From sequence record LT603033.1: a DNA stretch of 64,000 bases; one strand, 5' to 3'. Below the pieces are notes generated by a model, which worked only from the letters and a program-made list of their open reading frames with translations, had not been told where the DNA came from and did not search any database. Position numbers and translations under genes: made by a program. Below, piece by piece: positions 28,242 to 37,874 of this stretch. How positions within the stretch are numbered: the first letter of the stretch is position 1; every line of letters begins with the position of its first letter.

Positions 28242-28651
28242 AATTGTATTGTTTAACTAATATGTACTGCCAAGGTGTCCAAGCTGGTATTCAAGCATTC
28301 CATGCTGGTGTTAAACTAATTAAAGAATATGAAGGTACTGCTTTCAGTACTATTATTGATGAATGGTACTATGAACACGAAACTATTGTAGTACTAAATG
28401 CTGGTGGACATGATAAGTTAAATTCTTATTATAACAACCTTAGCAAACAGGGAAAAGTTCCGTTTGCCAAATTCAATGAAGCTGGATTGAATGATGCTAT
28501 TACCTGTGTAGCAGTACTGTGTACGTCTGAAATGATTGAAGACATGGCTGTTATGCGTATGAATCTTCCTGCTGGTGATCAACTAATGCAAGTAAAATAT
28601 GGTGCATTGTTTGACACATTAAAAGCAATCAGCACAATGAGGACCATTTGA
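28232..28651 (+). CDS. Peptidyl-tRNA hydrolase type 2 (PTH2)-like protein
   Basis: GIQAFHA, W...ETIVVL, F.EAGL...ITCVAV pattern. Confidence 0.5.
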   Translation: MEMKLYCLTNMYCQGVQAGIQAFHAGVKLIKEYEGTAFSTIIDEWYYEHETIVVLNAGGHDKLNSYYNNLSKQGKVPFAKFNEAGLNDAITCVAVLCTSEMIEDMAVMRMNLPAGDQLMQVKYGALFDTLKAISTMRTI

Positions 28652-29850
28652 TGGATTTTCCAGAGAAGTTATTTGTTGCACGTTCCTATGTAAACCACAA
28701 CCAAGTTGATGGTTTTATTATCGATGCAACAAAATCACATACAAAAGCGTTTGAAACAAAGAAAGAGAGAGCAGAGTACTGGGCAAAGAAGAACAATCTT
28801 CCATCGTTATATATTGACAACGTTCCAACTACGGGATTTTGTGTAGTTGATAAATTAACAACTCATGCACGAGAAACATATTTCACGATCCGTCACCCAG
28901 AAGGATTTGAATTTATGATTAGTGCAAAAAACATGAATGATTTAATTATCAATAACGATATAATCAAAGGTGTTTTTGTAGACCCAATGTTTTTCAACAA
29001 TAACTTAGAATTAATTAATGGTAAAACAAAAACGTTTGCTAAGTTAGTTGAAAAAGAAAATAAAAAAGAACAACAAAAAGAAACTGTAGCAGGTCTTAAA
29101 GTTGGTGATGGTTTCACTTATCTTAAAGAAGATTACTATTACTGCGGTAAAGTACATGCAATTTGTATAAAGAAAACTAAAGAATTTGCATATCCCGACA
29201 AAAGTTCTGTTTATCATTTACTTTTCAACAGTACTCGTGGAACTTATGCATTGAATCAACGTTTGGATAATTACAATCTGGAACCTCGTGCACTCTTGAA
29301 TAAGAAGACTACGGCAGATGAAGAAATTAAACTTGCTAATGAATTTTGGCAAAGCTATAGATCAAACAGACATAACCCATTAGGTGAATCTAACATTCCA
29401 GTACTGGTACACAATAAATCATTTAAAGCAAAAGACCTAAAAATTAAATATGAAGAAATAAATGTTGATGATCTTATGAATAATGGACGTTTCAACGAGA
29501 ACGTACCATTTATGACTAAAGATAATGAACAAACATATCGCGTATTTTTTGGTGTAAGTAATAATACAACGCGTAGTTATTATGGGCGTAGTGGAGATTA
29601 TAATATCCATTATAATGATAAATTTGAACGCTTTAGTGCATATCCAGTTCAAATTGATGATAATGGGATTATGGTAATGGATGTTGATATTAATGAACAC
29701 TCATCATTTAGTACATGGAATGGCTATCGTTCCCCATTCTTCCCACCAAATGAACGCAAAACATCAAGTTCTCGTTACTACCAAGATAAGCCGTGTCACG
29801 TTCAACTATCAATTAGTAATCCACTTTATATTGGAAAGTATTATCTATAA
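28651..29850 (+). CDS. Hypothetical protein (about 400 aa)
   Basis: Long coupled ORF. Confidence 0.85.
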   Translation: MDFPEKLFVARSYVNHNQVDGFIIDATKSHTKAFETKKERAEYWAKKNNLPSLYIDNVPTTGFCVVDKLTTHARETYFTIRHPEGFEFMISAKNMNDLIINNDIIKGVFVDPMFFNNNLELINGKTKTFAKLVEKENKKEQQKETVAGLKVGDGFTYLKEDYYYCGKVHAICIKKTKEFAYPDKSSVYHLLFNSTRGTYALNQRLDNYNLEPRALLNKKTTADEEIKLANEFWQSYRSNRHNPLGESNIPVLVHNKSFKAKDLKIKYEEINVDDLMNNGRFNENVPFMTKDNEQTYRVFFGVSNNTTRSYYGRSGDYNIHYNDKFERFSAYPVQIDDNGIMVMDVDINEHSSFSTWNGYRSPFFPPNERKTSSSRYYQDKPCHVQLSISNPLYIGKYYL

Positions 29851-29861
29851 AGGAATATACA

Positions 29862-31280
29862 ATGAGCATTTTAGCAATTCTTGAAAGCATTAAAAATACT
29901 AGCAGTACACTAGGCAAAAAAGCTATTCTTGAACAAAATAAAGATAATGTAACTTTACAAAAAGTACTGAAATATACTCTAGACCCTTCTATCGTTAGTG
30001 GCTATAAGAAGCTCCCTGCCGCTGATGACGTATATCAACATATGACGTTAGATGAAGCAATTGATAAGCTAGAATGCATTTACAAGCGTGATGTGACAGG
30101 AAATGCGGGGCGTGATTTCATTGCTTCAGTACTGGGTTCTGTATCTGAAGATGATCAAGAAGTTCTCCGTAAAATGCTTACTAAAAACCTTGATTGTGGT
30201 ATTCAAGAAAAGAACTGCAATGATGTATTTGGTAAAGGCTTTATTAAAGACGAACCATATATGCGTTGTTCTTTGATTGACAAAAAGACTGCAAAGAACA
30301 TCAACTTCAAAGATTATGGTTACGCTATATCAGAAGTGAAAATGGATGGTCAGTACTTGAACCACGTTGTCATTAATGGTTCATTAACTTCTACATCCCG
30401 TAATGGTAAACTATACGACTTCCTGGGTTGTCGTGATGGTGAGATGGCAGGTCTTGCTCACATCATCCAAAGTAAAGATGAACGTTTTAGTAGTGGTGTA
30501 GTCTTTATGGGTGAAGGTGTAGTACTGGACAATGATGGAGAAACCATTCTCCCACGCACTACTGGCAATGGTATAATTCAGAAAGCTGGAAAAGATAGTA
30601 TCAGTCAGAATGAAGCAATGCGTACTGTATTTGTTCTATGGGATGTTGTTCCATATGATGCATTTTGTGAAGGTGTATGGGATGTAAAACGTAAAGAACG
30701 TCGCGAGATCTTAGTAGATGCAATTAACGAACTCAGTAGTGATTTTGTTCGTATGGTTGGATTCCGTAAAGTTCTAAACATCAAAGAAGCATTTGAGTAC
30801 AATAGTGAACTAATGAGCGTAGGTGAAGAGGGTTCAGTACTGAAATGTGAAGATGGTATCTGGAAATCTCACACTTCTCCTAAGCAATTGAAAATGAAAC
30901 TCAAAATGCAACTGGACTTGCGTATTGTTGGTTTCAATGAAGGTGAAGGTAAGCGTAAAGGTAGCCTTGGTTCTTTACAACTGGAAAGTGCGTGTGGTAC
31001 ATTGAAAGTTAATGTAGGTACTGGAATTAAAGAGAAAGACGCAGAATGGACGTTTAAAACCATTTGGGAAAGAATGCAAGAACTCATCGGTCAAGTAGTA
31101 ACAGTAGAGTGCAATGATATTGTATTCGATAAGCGTACTGGCGAGCCATCACTATTTTTACCAGTGTTTATTGAATTTAGATTTGACAAAAACACTTGTG
31201 ACGACTATACTCGTATCTTAGAAATTCGTGATAGTGCTGTTGAGGTGTTCTCTAATAGTATTCTTGAATCACTCGGTTAA
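29862..31280 (+). CDS. ATP-dependent DNA ligase (T4 gp30-like)
   Basis: EVKMDG motif I, SRNG, GEG, WD, EEGSVLK, K.K, OB-fold SLFLPVF. Confidence 0.95.
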   Translation: MSILAILESIKNTSSTLGKKAILEQNKDNVTLQKVLKYTLDPSIVSGYKKLPAADDVYQHMTLDEAIDKLECIYKRDVTGNAGRDFIASVLGSVSEDDQEVLRKMLTKNLDCGIQEKNCNDVFGKGFIKDEPYMRCSLIDKKTAKNINFKDYGYAISEVKMDGQYLNHVVINGSLTSTSRNGKLYDFLGCRDGEMAGLAHIIQSKDERFSSGVVFMGEGVVLDNDGETILPRTTGNGIIQKAGKDSISQNEAMRTVFVLWDVVPYDAFCEGVWDVKRKERREILVDAINELSSDFVRMVGFRKVLNIKEAFEYNSELMSVGEEGSVLKCEDGIWKSHTSPKQLKMKLKMQLDLRIVGFNEGEGKRKGSLGSLQLESACGTLKVNVGTGIKEKDAEWTFKTIWERMQELIGQVVTVECNDIVFDKRTGEPSLFLPVFIEFRFDKNTCDDYTRILEIRDSAVEVFSNSILESLG

Positions 31281-31299
31281 TCATTTATAGGAGGTAATT

Positions 31300-32091
31300 A
31301 TGAAATTTGTTGTAACGTCAGACGTACACGGTGGCACTGATTACCTCCATAGTGGTGATTACAGTGATACAGTACTGATTATTGCTGGGGACTTCGATGA
31401 AGTTAAACGCAGTCGTTACCGTACTGGTATCGAATCACTATGTAAGCAGTTTAAGAATGTAGTACTGGTTCCTGGAAATCATGAATATTATGGTTCCAAT
31501 ATCCACAAAACGCATAAAGTACTGTCCGATATACAAGATGAGATTCCAAATTTCATCTTTTTGCAAAACAAATTTGTATGGCTGGATGGAGTACTGCTTG
31601 TTGGTAGTACTCTGTGGACAGACTTCGATAAAGGTAATTCTTTGACGAAGTTTGATGCTCGTCAGAAGATGAACGATTACAAACATATCCGTCATGGAAC
31701 AACATCAGAGCCTTGGCGTAAGAAACTGACACCAGATGATACTGAGTTTATGCATCACAAAGATAAACAATTTATCAAAAATTCTATTGACACAGTTCGC
31801 TTTATGCATGATAATGATTTCAAGGTCATCGTGGTTACCCATCACGCACCAAGTTATCAAAGTATTTCACCAAAATATAAAAATGATTCACTGAATGGTT
31901 GTTACTGTTCCGATATGGATCAGTACATTGAAGATTTGGGTGCTGATGTTTGGATTCATGGTCATGTTCATAGTAGCTTTGACTACCACATTGGTAAGAC
32001 ACGTATCATTTGTAATCCACGAGGCTATGAATCATACAGTGGAGCTTGTGAGAATTTTGATTACAATCCTAAATTTGTATTTGAAATTTAA
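31300..32091 (+). CDS. Calcineurin-like metallophosphoesterase
   Basis: SDVH, IAGD, PGNHEYY, VTHHAP, WIHGHVH, CNPRGY. Confidence 0.9.
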   Translation: MKFVVTSDVHGGTDYLHSGDYSDTVLIIAGDFDEVKRSRYRTGIESLCKQFKNVVLVPGNHEYYGSNIHKTHKVLSDIQDEIPNFIFLQNKFVWLDGVLLVGSTLWTDFDKGNSLTKFDARQKMNDYKHIRHGTTSEPWRKKLTPDDTEFMHHKDKQFIKNSIDTVRFMHDNDFKVIVVTHHAPSYQSISPKYKNDSLNGCYCSDMDQYIEDLGADVWIHGHVHSSFDYHIGKTRIICNPRGYESYSGACENFDYNPKFVFEI

Positions 32092-32103
32092 TGAGAGGAT
32101 ATT

Positions 32104-32487
32104 GTGTCATTAATTTATTTTGAACTACCAGAATATACCAATTATCCAAGCCGAGTTATTTGCTCAGTTTATAGTAATGCATATCATCACTTGTTAGTGA
32201 ATAGTAATAAAGCTGTGCATTATTATCGAAATAAAGAACCACGTACATTAAAGAATCGTTATGGGTTTGACCCAACTAACACTGAAGTTGAACTCTGTGA
32301 TCTGTTCGGGGAAGTAATGGTGGTGTTGAAACGAGATATTCATCTTTTCCATACATACAAACTTAATCAGTACTTTATGGAAACACTGTCTATACGTTCC
32401 CATGCTCCGATGATTAAAGTTGATTTGAATTATGTTGATGATAAATTGAAATATGATTTCATTAATTCACTTGTTTATTTGGAGTAA
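32104..32487 (+). CDS. Hypothetical protein
   Basis: GAGGA RBS, GTG start. Confidence 0.7.
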   Translation: MSLIYFELPEYTNYPSRVICSVYSNAYHHLLVNSNKAVHYYRNKEPRTLKNRYGFDPTNTEVELCDLFGEVMVVLKRDIHLFHTYKLNQYFMETLSIRSHAPMIKVDLNYVDDKLKYDFINSLVYLE

Positions 32488-32488
32488 T

Positions 32489-32893
32489 ATGAATATACGT
32501 TCAGTACGAATATTTTCATTTGTTGATATGAATAAAAAACACTCTTATGTGTTTGAAAATGTCAATAAGTTAAATCCTCATACGGCACAAATGATTGAAA
32601 CCATGAAGAACTTGAGTTTACATATAGAAGTTTACTATCTTCATGACGATTCTGTTTTTGTATATGATGATGGATGGTATGACGGTGTGTTTTATGATGA
32701 CATTAGCACTACTGCTGATTACTACTTTCTAGTGAGTAATCCATTATTCAGTACTAAAACTTTGTTTGACATTACCGATACAAGCGTGTATGATACAAGT
32801 CATGTTGAGTTACTTAAGTTTGATCCAGTATTATTTAACAAAGAGACGGCGTATTGGATGACTGATTTCTTTTCAAATATTCCAGTAAAATAG
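32489..32893 (+). CDS. Hypothetical protein
   Basis: GGAG RBS. Confidence 0.7.
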   Translation: MNIRSVRIFSFVDMNKKHSYVFENVNKLNPHTAQMIETMKNLSLHIEVYYLHDDSVFVYDDGWYDGVFYDDISTTADYYFLVSNPLFSTKTLFDITDTSVYDTSHVELLKFDPVLFNKETAYWMTDFFSNIPVK

Positions 32894-32895
32894 TT

Positions 32896-32923
32896 TGGAC
32901 ATTTTAAATCTTAGTGATATAAT
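32896..32923 (+). promoter_or_regulatory. GGACA-class promoter for clpP
   Basis: TGGACA-16-TATAAT with TGA before the -10. Confidence 0.7.
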
Positions 32924-32957
32924 ACTCACAACAACGAAATAATAGAGGAAATTAATA

Positions 32958-33653
32958 ATGGTTGAACAATTCATGTTTGGTGGTTATGCTAATGGCGAAG
33001 TACGTAACATTTCTATTCCTTACGTAGTTGAGAAAGTTAATGGTTCAGAACGTACATATGATCTAGCATCTCGTATGATGCAAGACCGTATCATTTTCCT
33101 TGATACTGATTTCAATGATCAAATGGCACATATCATCAAACAACAATTGGTATGGTTAGACTCACAAGGTGATTCCCCTATTACATTCTACATTAGTTCA
33201 CCGGGTGGTTCAGTACACGCAGGTTTGGGTATTGCAGACGTTGCTAAGTCTTGTATTTCCCCAATTCGCACTGTAGTTATGGGTTATGCAGCATCAATGG
33301 GTTGCTATACACAATCTGTAATTGGTACTAAAGGTTTCCGTTTAGGTGGTAAGCGTTCTTATTTCATGTGTCACCAAGTAAGTTCTGGTACACAAGGTCT
33401 AATTACAGACCAGAAGATTTCCCTACAACATTCTGATGCACTGAATACATTGTTGACCAAAGAAATTGCAGAAGCTGTAGGTGTATCACATGAACAATTA
33501 CTAAAAGATGCTGACCGCGATTTGTGGTTAAATGCAGAAGAAGCACTTGAATATGGTGAACATGGTTTCATTGATGGTATTATTCTTGGACCACGTAACG
33601 AAGAAGGTAAGTACTTAGTTAAGCGTCGCGGCGGTGTAGAAGAGTGGGTGTAA
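32958..33653 (+). CDS. clpP: ClpP protease subunit
   Basis: RMMQDRIIFL, ISSPGGSV, GYAASMG (Ser), MCHQ (His), DRDLWLNAEEALEYG. Confidence 0.92.
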   Translation: MVEQFMFGGYANGEVRNISIPYVVEKVNGSERTYDLASRMMQDRIIFLDTDFNDQMAHIIKQQLVWLDSQGDSPITFYISSPGGSVHAGLGIADVAKSCISPIRTVVMGYAASMGCYTQSVIGTKGFRLGGKRSYFMCHQVSSGTQGLITDQKISLQHSDALNTLLTKEIAEAVGVSHEQLLKDADRDLWLNAEEALEYGEHGFIDGIILGPRNEEGKYLVKRRGGVEEWV

Positions 33654-33690
33654 GATAGATTGTGATGCCTCAATATGGGGCATCATCTTT
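33653..33690 (+). terminator. Hairpin after clpP, possible terminator
   Basis: TGATGCCTC-aatat-GGGGCATCA; weak T tract. Confidence 0.5.
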
Positions 33691-33701
33691 GTGGAGATTA
33701 T

Positions 33702-33992
33702 ATGAAAGTACTAGTACGTAATAATACGGAAGTAGCAAATGTATTAGAAGATTCCGATTTTATTAATGTTGCGTTCGATCAAATTAGTGCAGTAGCACTT
33801 GAATTAAAAAATGTAGATGAATCTGAGCGTGTGCTGAATGGTTTTGCAATTGTACTTGAATTAATGAAGGAAGTACTANNNNNNNNNNNNNNNNNNNNNG
33901 TTGATGCGGTTCAACATGCAGAAGCTGTGCGTAAAGAACACGGTACATTCTCTGACAAAAAATACATTCAAACTGATGAGGTAAAAGAATAA
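33702..33992 (+). CDS. Hypothetical protein (contains N gap)
   Basis: GGAG RBS; frame kept across gap. Confidence 0.65.
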   Translation: MKVLVRNNTEVANVLEDSDFINVAFDQISAVALELKNVDESERVLNGFAIVLELMKEVLXXXXXXXVDAVQHAEAVRKEHGTFSDKKYIQTDEVKE

Positions 33993-33993
33993 T

Positions 33994-34440
33994 ATGTCCA
34001 ATGCACAATATAAAGATGGTTATGACGCATACAAAGCAAAAGTAGTTCTAAGTGCTGAACAGCTAAAAATGCAGCATCCATTATATCGTCAGGGCTATCG
34101 TGCAGCACAAGCAGAAGCAATGAAGAAAAATAATGTAACTTTCCCTACTACACTATATGATATTCCAAAACGTCCACACATTTTTAAAGCTGAATGGACT
34201 GATATTATGGCAGCGACAAAGCGTCCACGCTTTGCTAAATTACACACCGATGAAGGTCGCTGGTTGCTAATGGGGATTATGAAAGCAGTTGAGAATCAAT
34301 CTCATAAGATTGTTCGTTATAAAGATGTTGTTNNNNNNNNNNNNNNNNNNNNNNNCCTTGTACTTCAATATGGTTATGATGAAGGTGTTCTAACTGTCGC
34401 TGATTGTGAAAAATATCAGTACACCCCATATCAAAAATAA
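33994..34440 (+). CDS. Hypothetical protein (contains N gap)
   Basis: ORF; terminator follows. Confidence 0.7.
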   Translation: MSNAQYKDGYDAYKAKVVLSAEQLKMQHPLYRQGYRAAQAEAMKKNNVTFPTTLYDIPKRPHIFKAEWTDIMAATKRPRFAKLHTDEGRWLLMGIMKAVENQSHKIVRYKDVVXXXXXXXXLVLQYGYDEGVLTVADCEKYQYTPYQK

Positions 34441-34450
34441 TATTGTGAAA

Positions 34451-34479
34451 AGGAATCCTATCATGGGATTCCTATTTTT
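34451..34479 (+). terminator. Intrinsic terminator
   Basis: AGGAATCCTA-tca-TGGGATTCCT plus ATTTTT. Confidence 0.8.
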
Positions 34480-34566
34480 ATTGCTGTATATCAATTTTCC
34501 ATTGATCATATTTTGATCTATATGAGCTAAATACCCAAGGAATCATTGTTACTAGGGTAGGTGAAT

Positions 34567-35115
34567 ATGCAGCAATATAATTTAACTGAAGAACAAAGTG
34601 ATATTTTTTACCATCATNNNNNNNNNNNNNNNNNNNNNNNTTTAAAAATTAATTCTGAAGCAATTGATATATTGAAGAAATGGTATAGTTGTTATAATAA
34701 AAACAAAAAGTGGTATTGGTTTAATAGAAATATAAAATCATTTCTAAAAACAATCACATACACTGATAGTATTGAGTTAATACATAGTTCTATTGGATAT
34801 AGTTACTTAACTAAACACAACAGTACTATGATGTTATCAGGGTTTAAAGTTGAAAGAATTTCCAAGTTAACAGGTTTGTCATTAGAAACAATTCTATATG
34901 ATATTGAGAAAATTTGGAAAACTATAGAATTAATGCATAAAAATATGTCATTCATATATAGAAATNNNNNNNNNNNNNNNNNNNNNNNNNNNNATCATAA
35001 TAAACCGTATGTATTGGATGAAAAGTACTATAATCATATGGAAGTTTGTTCTAAACTCGTTGATGATTGGAATCTAGAGGGACATAATGAAATACACACA
35101 CCTAAGTATAGATGA
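34567..35115 (+). CDS. Hypothetical protein (contains N gaps)
   Basis: ORF across two small gaps. Confidence 0.6.
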   Translation: MQQYNLTEEQSDIFYHHXXXXXXXXLKINSEAIDILKKWYSCYNKNKKWYWFNRNIKSFLKTITYTDSIELIHSSIGYSYLTKHNSTMMLSGFKVERISKLTGLSLETILYDIEKIWKTIELMHKNMSFIYRNXXXXXXXXXXHNKPYVLDEKYYNHMEVCSKLVDDWNLEGHNEIHTPKYR

Positions 35116-35611
35116 TACTAATATCTGGTTAGATAACATAATCAAGACATTAGAATTAATTAAACTTACATTACAAAAAACTACTGATATTGAAATTAAT
35201 ATTAAACAAGAAATATTAAACTATTATCATAGAAACAAATATAGCACGTTTATCTCTAAATTAATTTATGGATTATATGATATTGAAGATATTTGCATCG
35301 GTTACAGTACTGGTATTTGCTTCACAGTTAATGGTTTAAAAAATGATTTAAATTTCAGACTTTCCGATGAAGAGCAAGATTTTCGTAGATTTTGTGATAA
35401 TATTATGGATACAGATAAAATTACATTTGTTATTGAATTAAATCAAACGTGGTCTACATATGCAGATAAACCATTTGAAATTAATGAAACAGATGTGTTA
35501 AACTATATTCGAGTTATGAAAATTCATGATTTGTGTAAAAACGCATTGTTAAGTATTGGAGCTTATAATGAAACATACGACTTGGTTGAAGATAGCAGAA
35601 GTAGTTGCTGA
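35087..35611 (+). CDS. Hypothetical protein
   Basis: GAGGGA RBS. Confidence 0.7.
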   Translation: MKYTHLSIDDTNIWLDNIIKTLELIKLTLQKTTDIEINIKQEILNYYHRNKYSTFISKLIYGLYDIEDICIGYSTGICFTVNGLKNDLNFRLSDEEQDFRRFCDNIMDTDKITFVIELNQTWSTYADKPFEINETDVLNYIRVMKIHDLCKNALLSIGAYNETYDLVEDSRSSC

Positions 35612-36047
35612 GGAAAGTAAATGTATTTCACAANNNNNNNNNNNNNNNNNNNNNNNNNNNNNNNNNNNNNNNNNNNNNNNNNNNNNNNNNNNNNNNNNNN
35701 NNNNNNNNNNNNNNNNNNNNNNNNNNNNNNNNNNNNNNNNNNNNNNNNNNNNNNNNNNNNNNNNNNNNNNNNNNNNNNNNNNNNNNNNNNNNNNNNNNNN
35801 NNNNNNNNNNNNNNNNNNNNNNNNNNNNNNNNNNNNNNNNNNNNNNNNNNNNNNNNNNNNNNNNNNNNNNNNNNNNNNNNNNNNNNNNNNNNNNNNNNNN
35901 NNNNNNNNNNNNNNNNNNNNNNNNNNNNNNNNNNNNNNNNNNNNNNNNNNNNNNNNNNNNNNNNNNNNNNNNNNNNNNNNNNNNNNNNNNNNNNNNNNNN
36001 NNNNAATTATTGTTAATTGCATTTATGATAAGGGTCTTGATAAATGA
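35568..36047 (+). CDS. cd: Probable dCMP deaminase, mostly hidden by N gap
   Basis: N-terminus MKHTTWLKIAEVVAEESKCIS resembles T4 Cd (MKASTVLQIAYLVSQESKCCS); catalytic motifs fall in the gap. Confidence 0.65.
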   Translation: MKHTTWLKIAEVVAEESKCISQXXXXXXXXXXXXXXXXXXXXXXXXXXXXXXXXXXXXXXXXXXXXXXXXXXXXXXXXXXXXXXXXXXXXXXXXXXXXXXXXXXXXXXXXXXXXXXXXXXXXXXXXXXXXXXXXXXXXXXXXXXXXIIVNCIYDKGLDK

Positions 36048-36232
36048 CAGTAATAATTATTATTGCTTTTCTAATAACAGTGTTTTTCATTTTTATGTTA
36101 TATATAGTTGCTATGGATGAACCTAATACTTCTTTTCGAAATTATGAAGTTCGTTTTTCTGCACAAAATAATAAGTACTATATTGTAAACTGTATACACC
36201 GTAGTGAGAAAAGGGTAACAAGTAGATTTGGA
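36044..36232 (+). CDS. Membrane-anchored hypothetical protein; 3-prime end lost in gap
   Basis: Hydrophobic N-terminus, ATGA overlap. Confidence 0.55.
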
Positions 36233-36331
36233 NNNNNNNNNNNNNNNNNNNNNNNNNNNNNNNNNNNNNNNNNNNNNNNNNNNNNNNNNNNNNNNNNNNN
36301 NNNNNNNNNNNNNGTATGGCTCCTTTTTTTG

Positions 36332-36709
36332 TTAACCAGGGAGGTTACAATAATACAAATCCCAAGGGTGATATTTCATCGCACCAGTACTCAATTTAAT
36401 TTTATGAAACTGGAATGATTCGGCAAATGCACTATCGTCAATCTTAATACAAAAAGTGTTTTTGGCTAGAGTTGGTGCAATTTCCAATGCTGTTTTAGAT
36501 GCATCTAATCTAATTTTATCTTTATCATAACTAGTGATAGTTACAAAACGATAAACATTAAAATCAGTATCAATGAGATCGTAAACACAACTAGAACGTT
36601 GATTAAAGATGTTCAAGTTATATTTCAATTCACCGTTTATATTAGCTGCGGTTACACAAAACCCGCCGATATTGAATGGTAGTTTACCTTGTGCTGCGAT
36701 AGCTTTCAT
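36332..36709 (-). CDS. Hypothetical protein; only credible minus-strand gene
   Basis: AAAAAGGAAATAAAAT-ATG RBS on minus strand; no competing + ORF over most of its length. Confidence 0.7.
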   Translation of the reverse strand: MKAIAAQGKLPFNIGGFCVTAANINGELKYNLNIFNQRSSCVYDLIDTDFNVYRFVTITSYDKDKIRLDASKTALEIAPTLAKNTFCIKIDDSAFAESFQFHKIKLSTGAMKYHPWDLYYCNLPG

Positions 36710-36779
36710 ATTTTATTTCCTTTTTTAAATATAAGTATGAAATATATTTGTTTTTTACATCAGATGCACCATGAACTAG

Positions 36780-36808
36780 TTGACAAAACATCAGTGGTAT
36801 GATATGAT
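36780..36808 (+). promoter_or_regulatory. sigma70-type promoter
   Basis: TTGACA-17-TATGAT with TGA before the -10. Confidence 0.65.
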
Positions 36809-36870
36809 CTGTTATAAACTGTACACCTTAAGTTTTATTTTTAAAAATTTGAGTTAAGTACAGAAAAAGT

Positions 36871-36899
36871 TTGACTTAAGTGTTTAAGTACTATATTAT
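36871..36899 (+). promoter_or_regulatory. sigma70-type promoter
   Basis: TTGACT-17-TATTAT. Confidence 0.55.
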
Positions 36900-36934
36900 T
36901 TATATCTTCCTAAACAAAATTGAGGACTTGTTAT

Positions 36935-37543
36935 ATGAAAAGACTATGGCTTGAAGTGATACAAGCAGCGATGTTTCTATTGTTAATAAATTTTCCAGCC
37001 AGTGCTGGTATTGAAAGTAAAAATGTGATAAAGTATAATCCTGAAACCCGAAATGTATATTTCATATCAGATATTACAGATGGGTCACTCAAGAGAATGA
37101 TAGAGTTGTATGATAAAGAACACTATGATACCATCACAATTACATCTCCTGGTGGTGATTTTGATGCAGGTATTCGAATGGCAAACTTTGTTAGAGACAA
37201 TGGGATAAATTTAATTGTTTCTAGGTATTGCAATTCAGCATGTACTGTGGTATTCTTTAGTGTATCTCCCGAAAAGCGATATATGACAAATCGCTCAGTA
37301 CTGGGTCTTCATAACATTTCGATTAAAAGTAATGTTACTGATGGTGATAATTCATTTGTGTCTGTAAGACAGCTATCAACTTTTACCGAAGAAATGGCAA
37401 CAAAGGTAGGTTTCCTTTTTTCACTATATGCAGCAAATGGAATCCCACCAGAAGTTCTATTTAGAGTTAGTCGTTCTCGTGGTGAAGATGTTGTAATATT
37501 AACAAAACCAGAACTGGTTTTTTACGGTTCAGTCAAACAATAA
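36935..37543 (+). CDS. Signal-peptide-bearing ClpP/crotonase-fold protein
   Basis: Signal-like N-terminus ending ASA; ITITSPGGD, CNSAC, LGLH. Confidence 0.65.
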   Translation: MKRLWLEVIQAAMFLLLINFPASAGIESKNVIKYNPETRNVYFISDITDGSLKRMIELYDKEHYDTITITSPGGDFDAGIRMANFVRDNGINLIVSRYCNSACTVVFFSVSPEKRYMTNRSVLGLHNISIKSNVTDGDNSFVSVRQLSTFTEEMATKVGFLFSLYAANGIPPEVLFRVSRSRGEDVVILTKPELVFYGSVKQ

Positions 37544-37613
37544 AAATAATTAAAATAACAGGATGATTATGATGTACTTCCTTTGTTATTAATTATATTG
37601 AGATTATATAACT

Positions 37614-37874
37614 ATGACAAACATCCAAAACTTGACATCTATTATTTTTTATGCTACTGTAGTAATGTATGCTACAGTTATTTTTCTAACAGTTTTCATT
37701 TACAAAGATTATCGTAATGGCTTTATTGATCCAACTACAATGAAGTTCAATTCAAAATTCGAAGCAATAATTTATTATGTACTATCAACTTCATACTTGG
37801 TGTGCCTAATGTTGTTAGGAGCACTAATTTATATCTTATACACAACATTATTTGCAATTGGAGCTATTTTATGA
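37614..37874 (+). CDS. Small membrane protein
   Basis: Two hydrophobic segments. Confidence 0.7.
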   Translation: MTNIQNLTSIIFYATVVMYATVIFLTVFIYKDYRNGFIDPTTMKFNSKFEAIIYYVLSTSYLVCLMLLGALIYILYTTLFAIGAIL

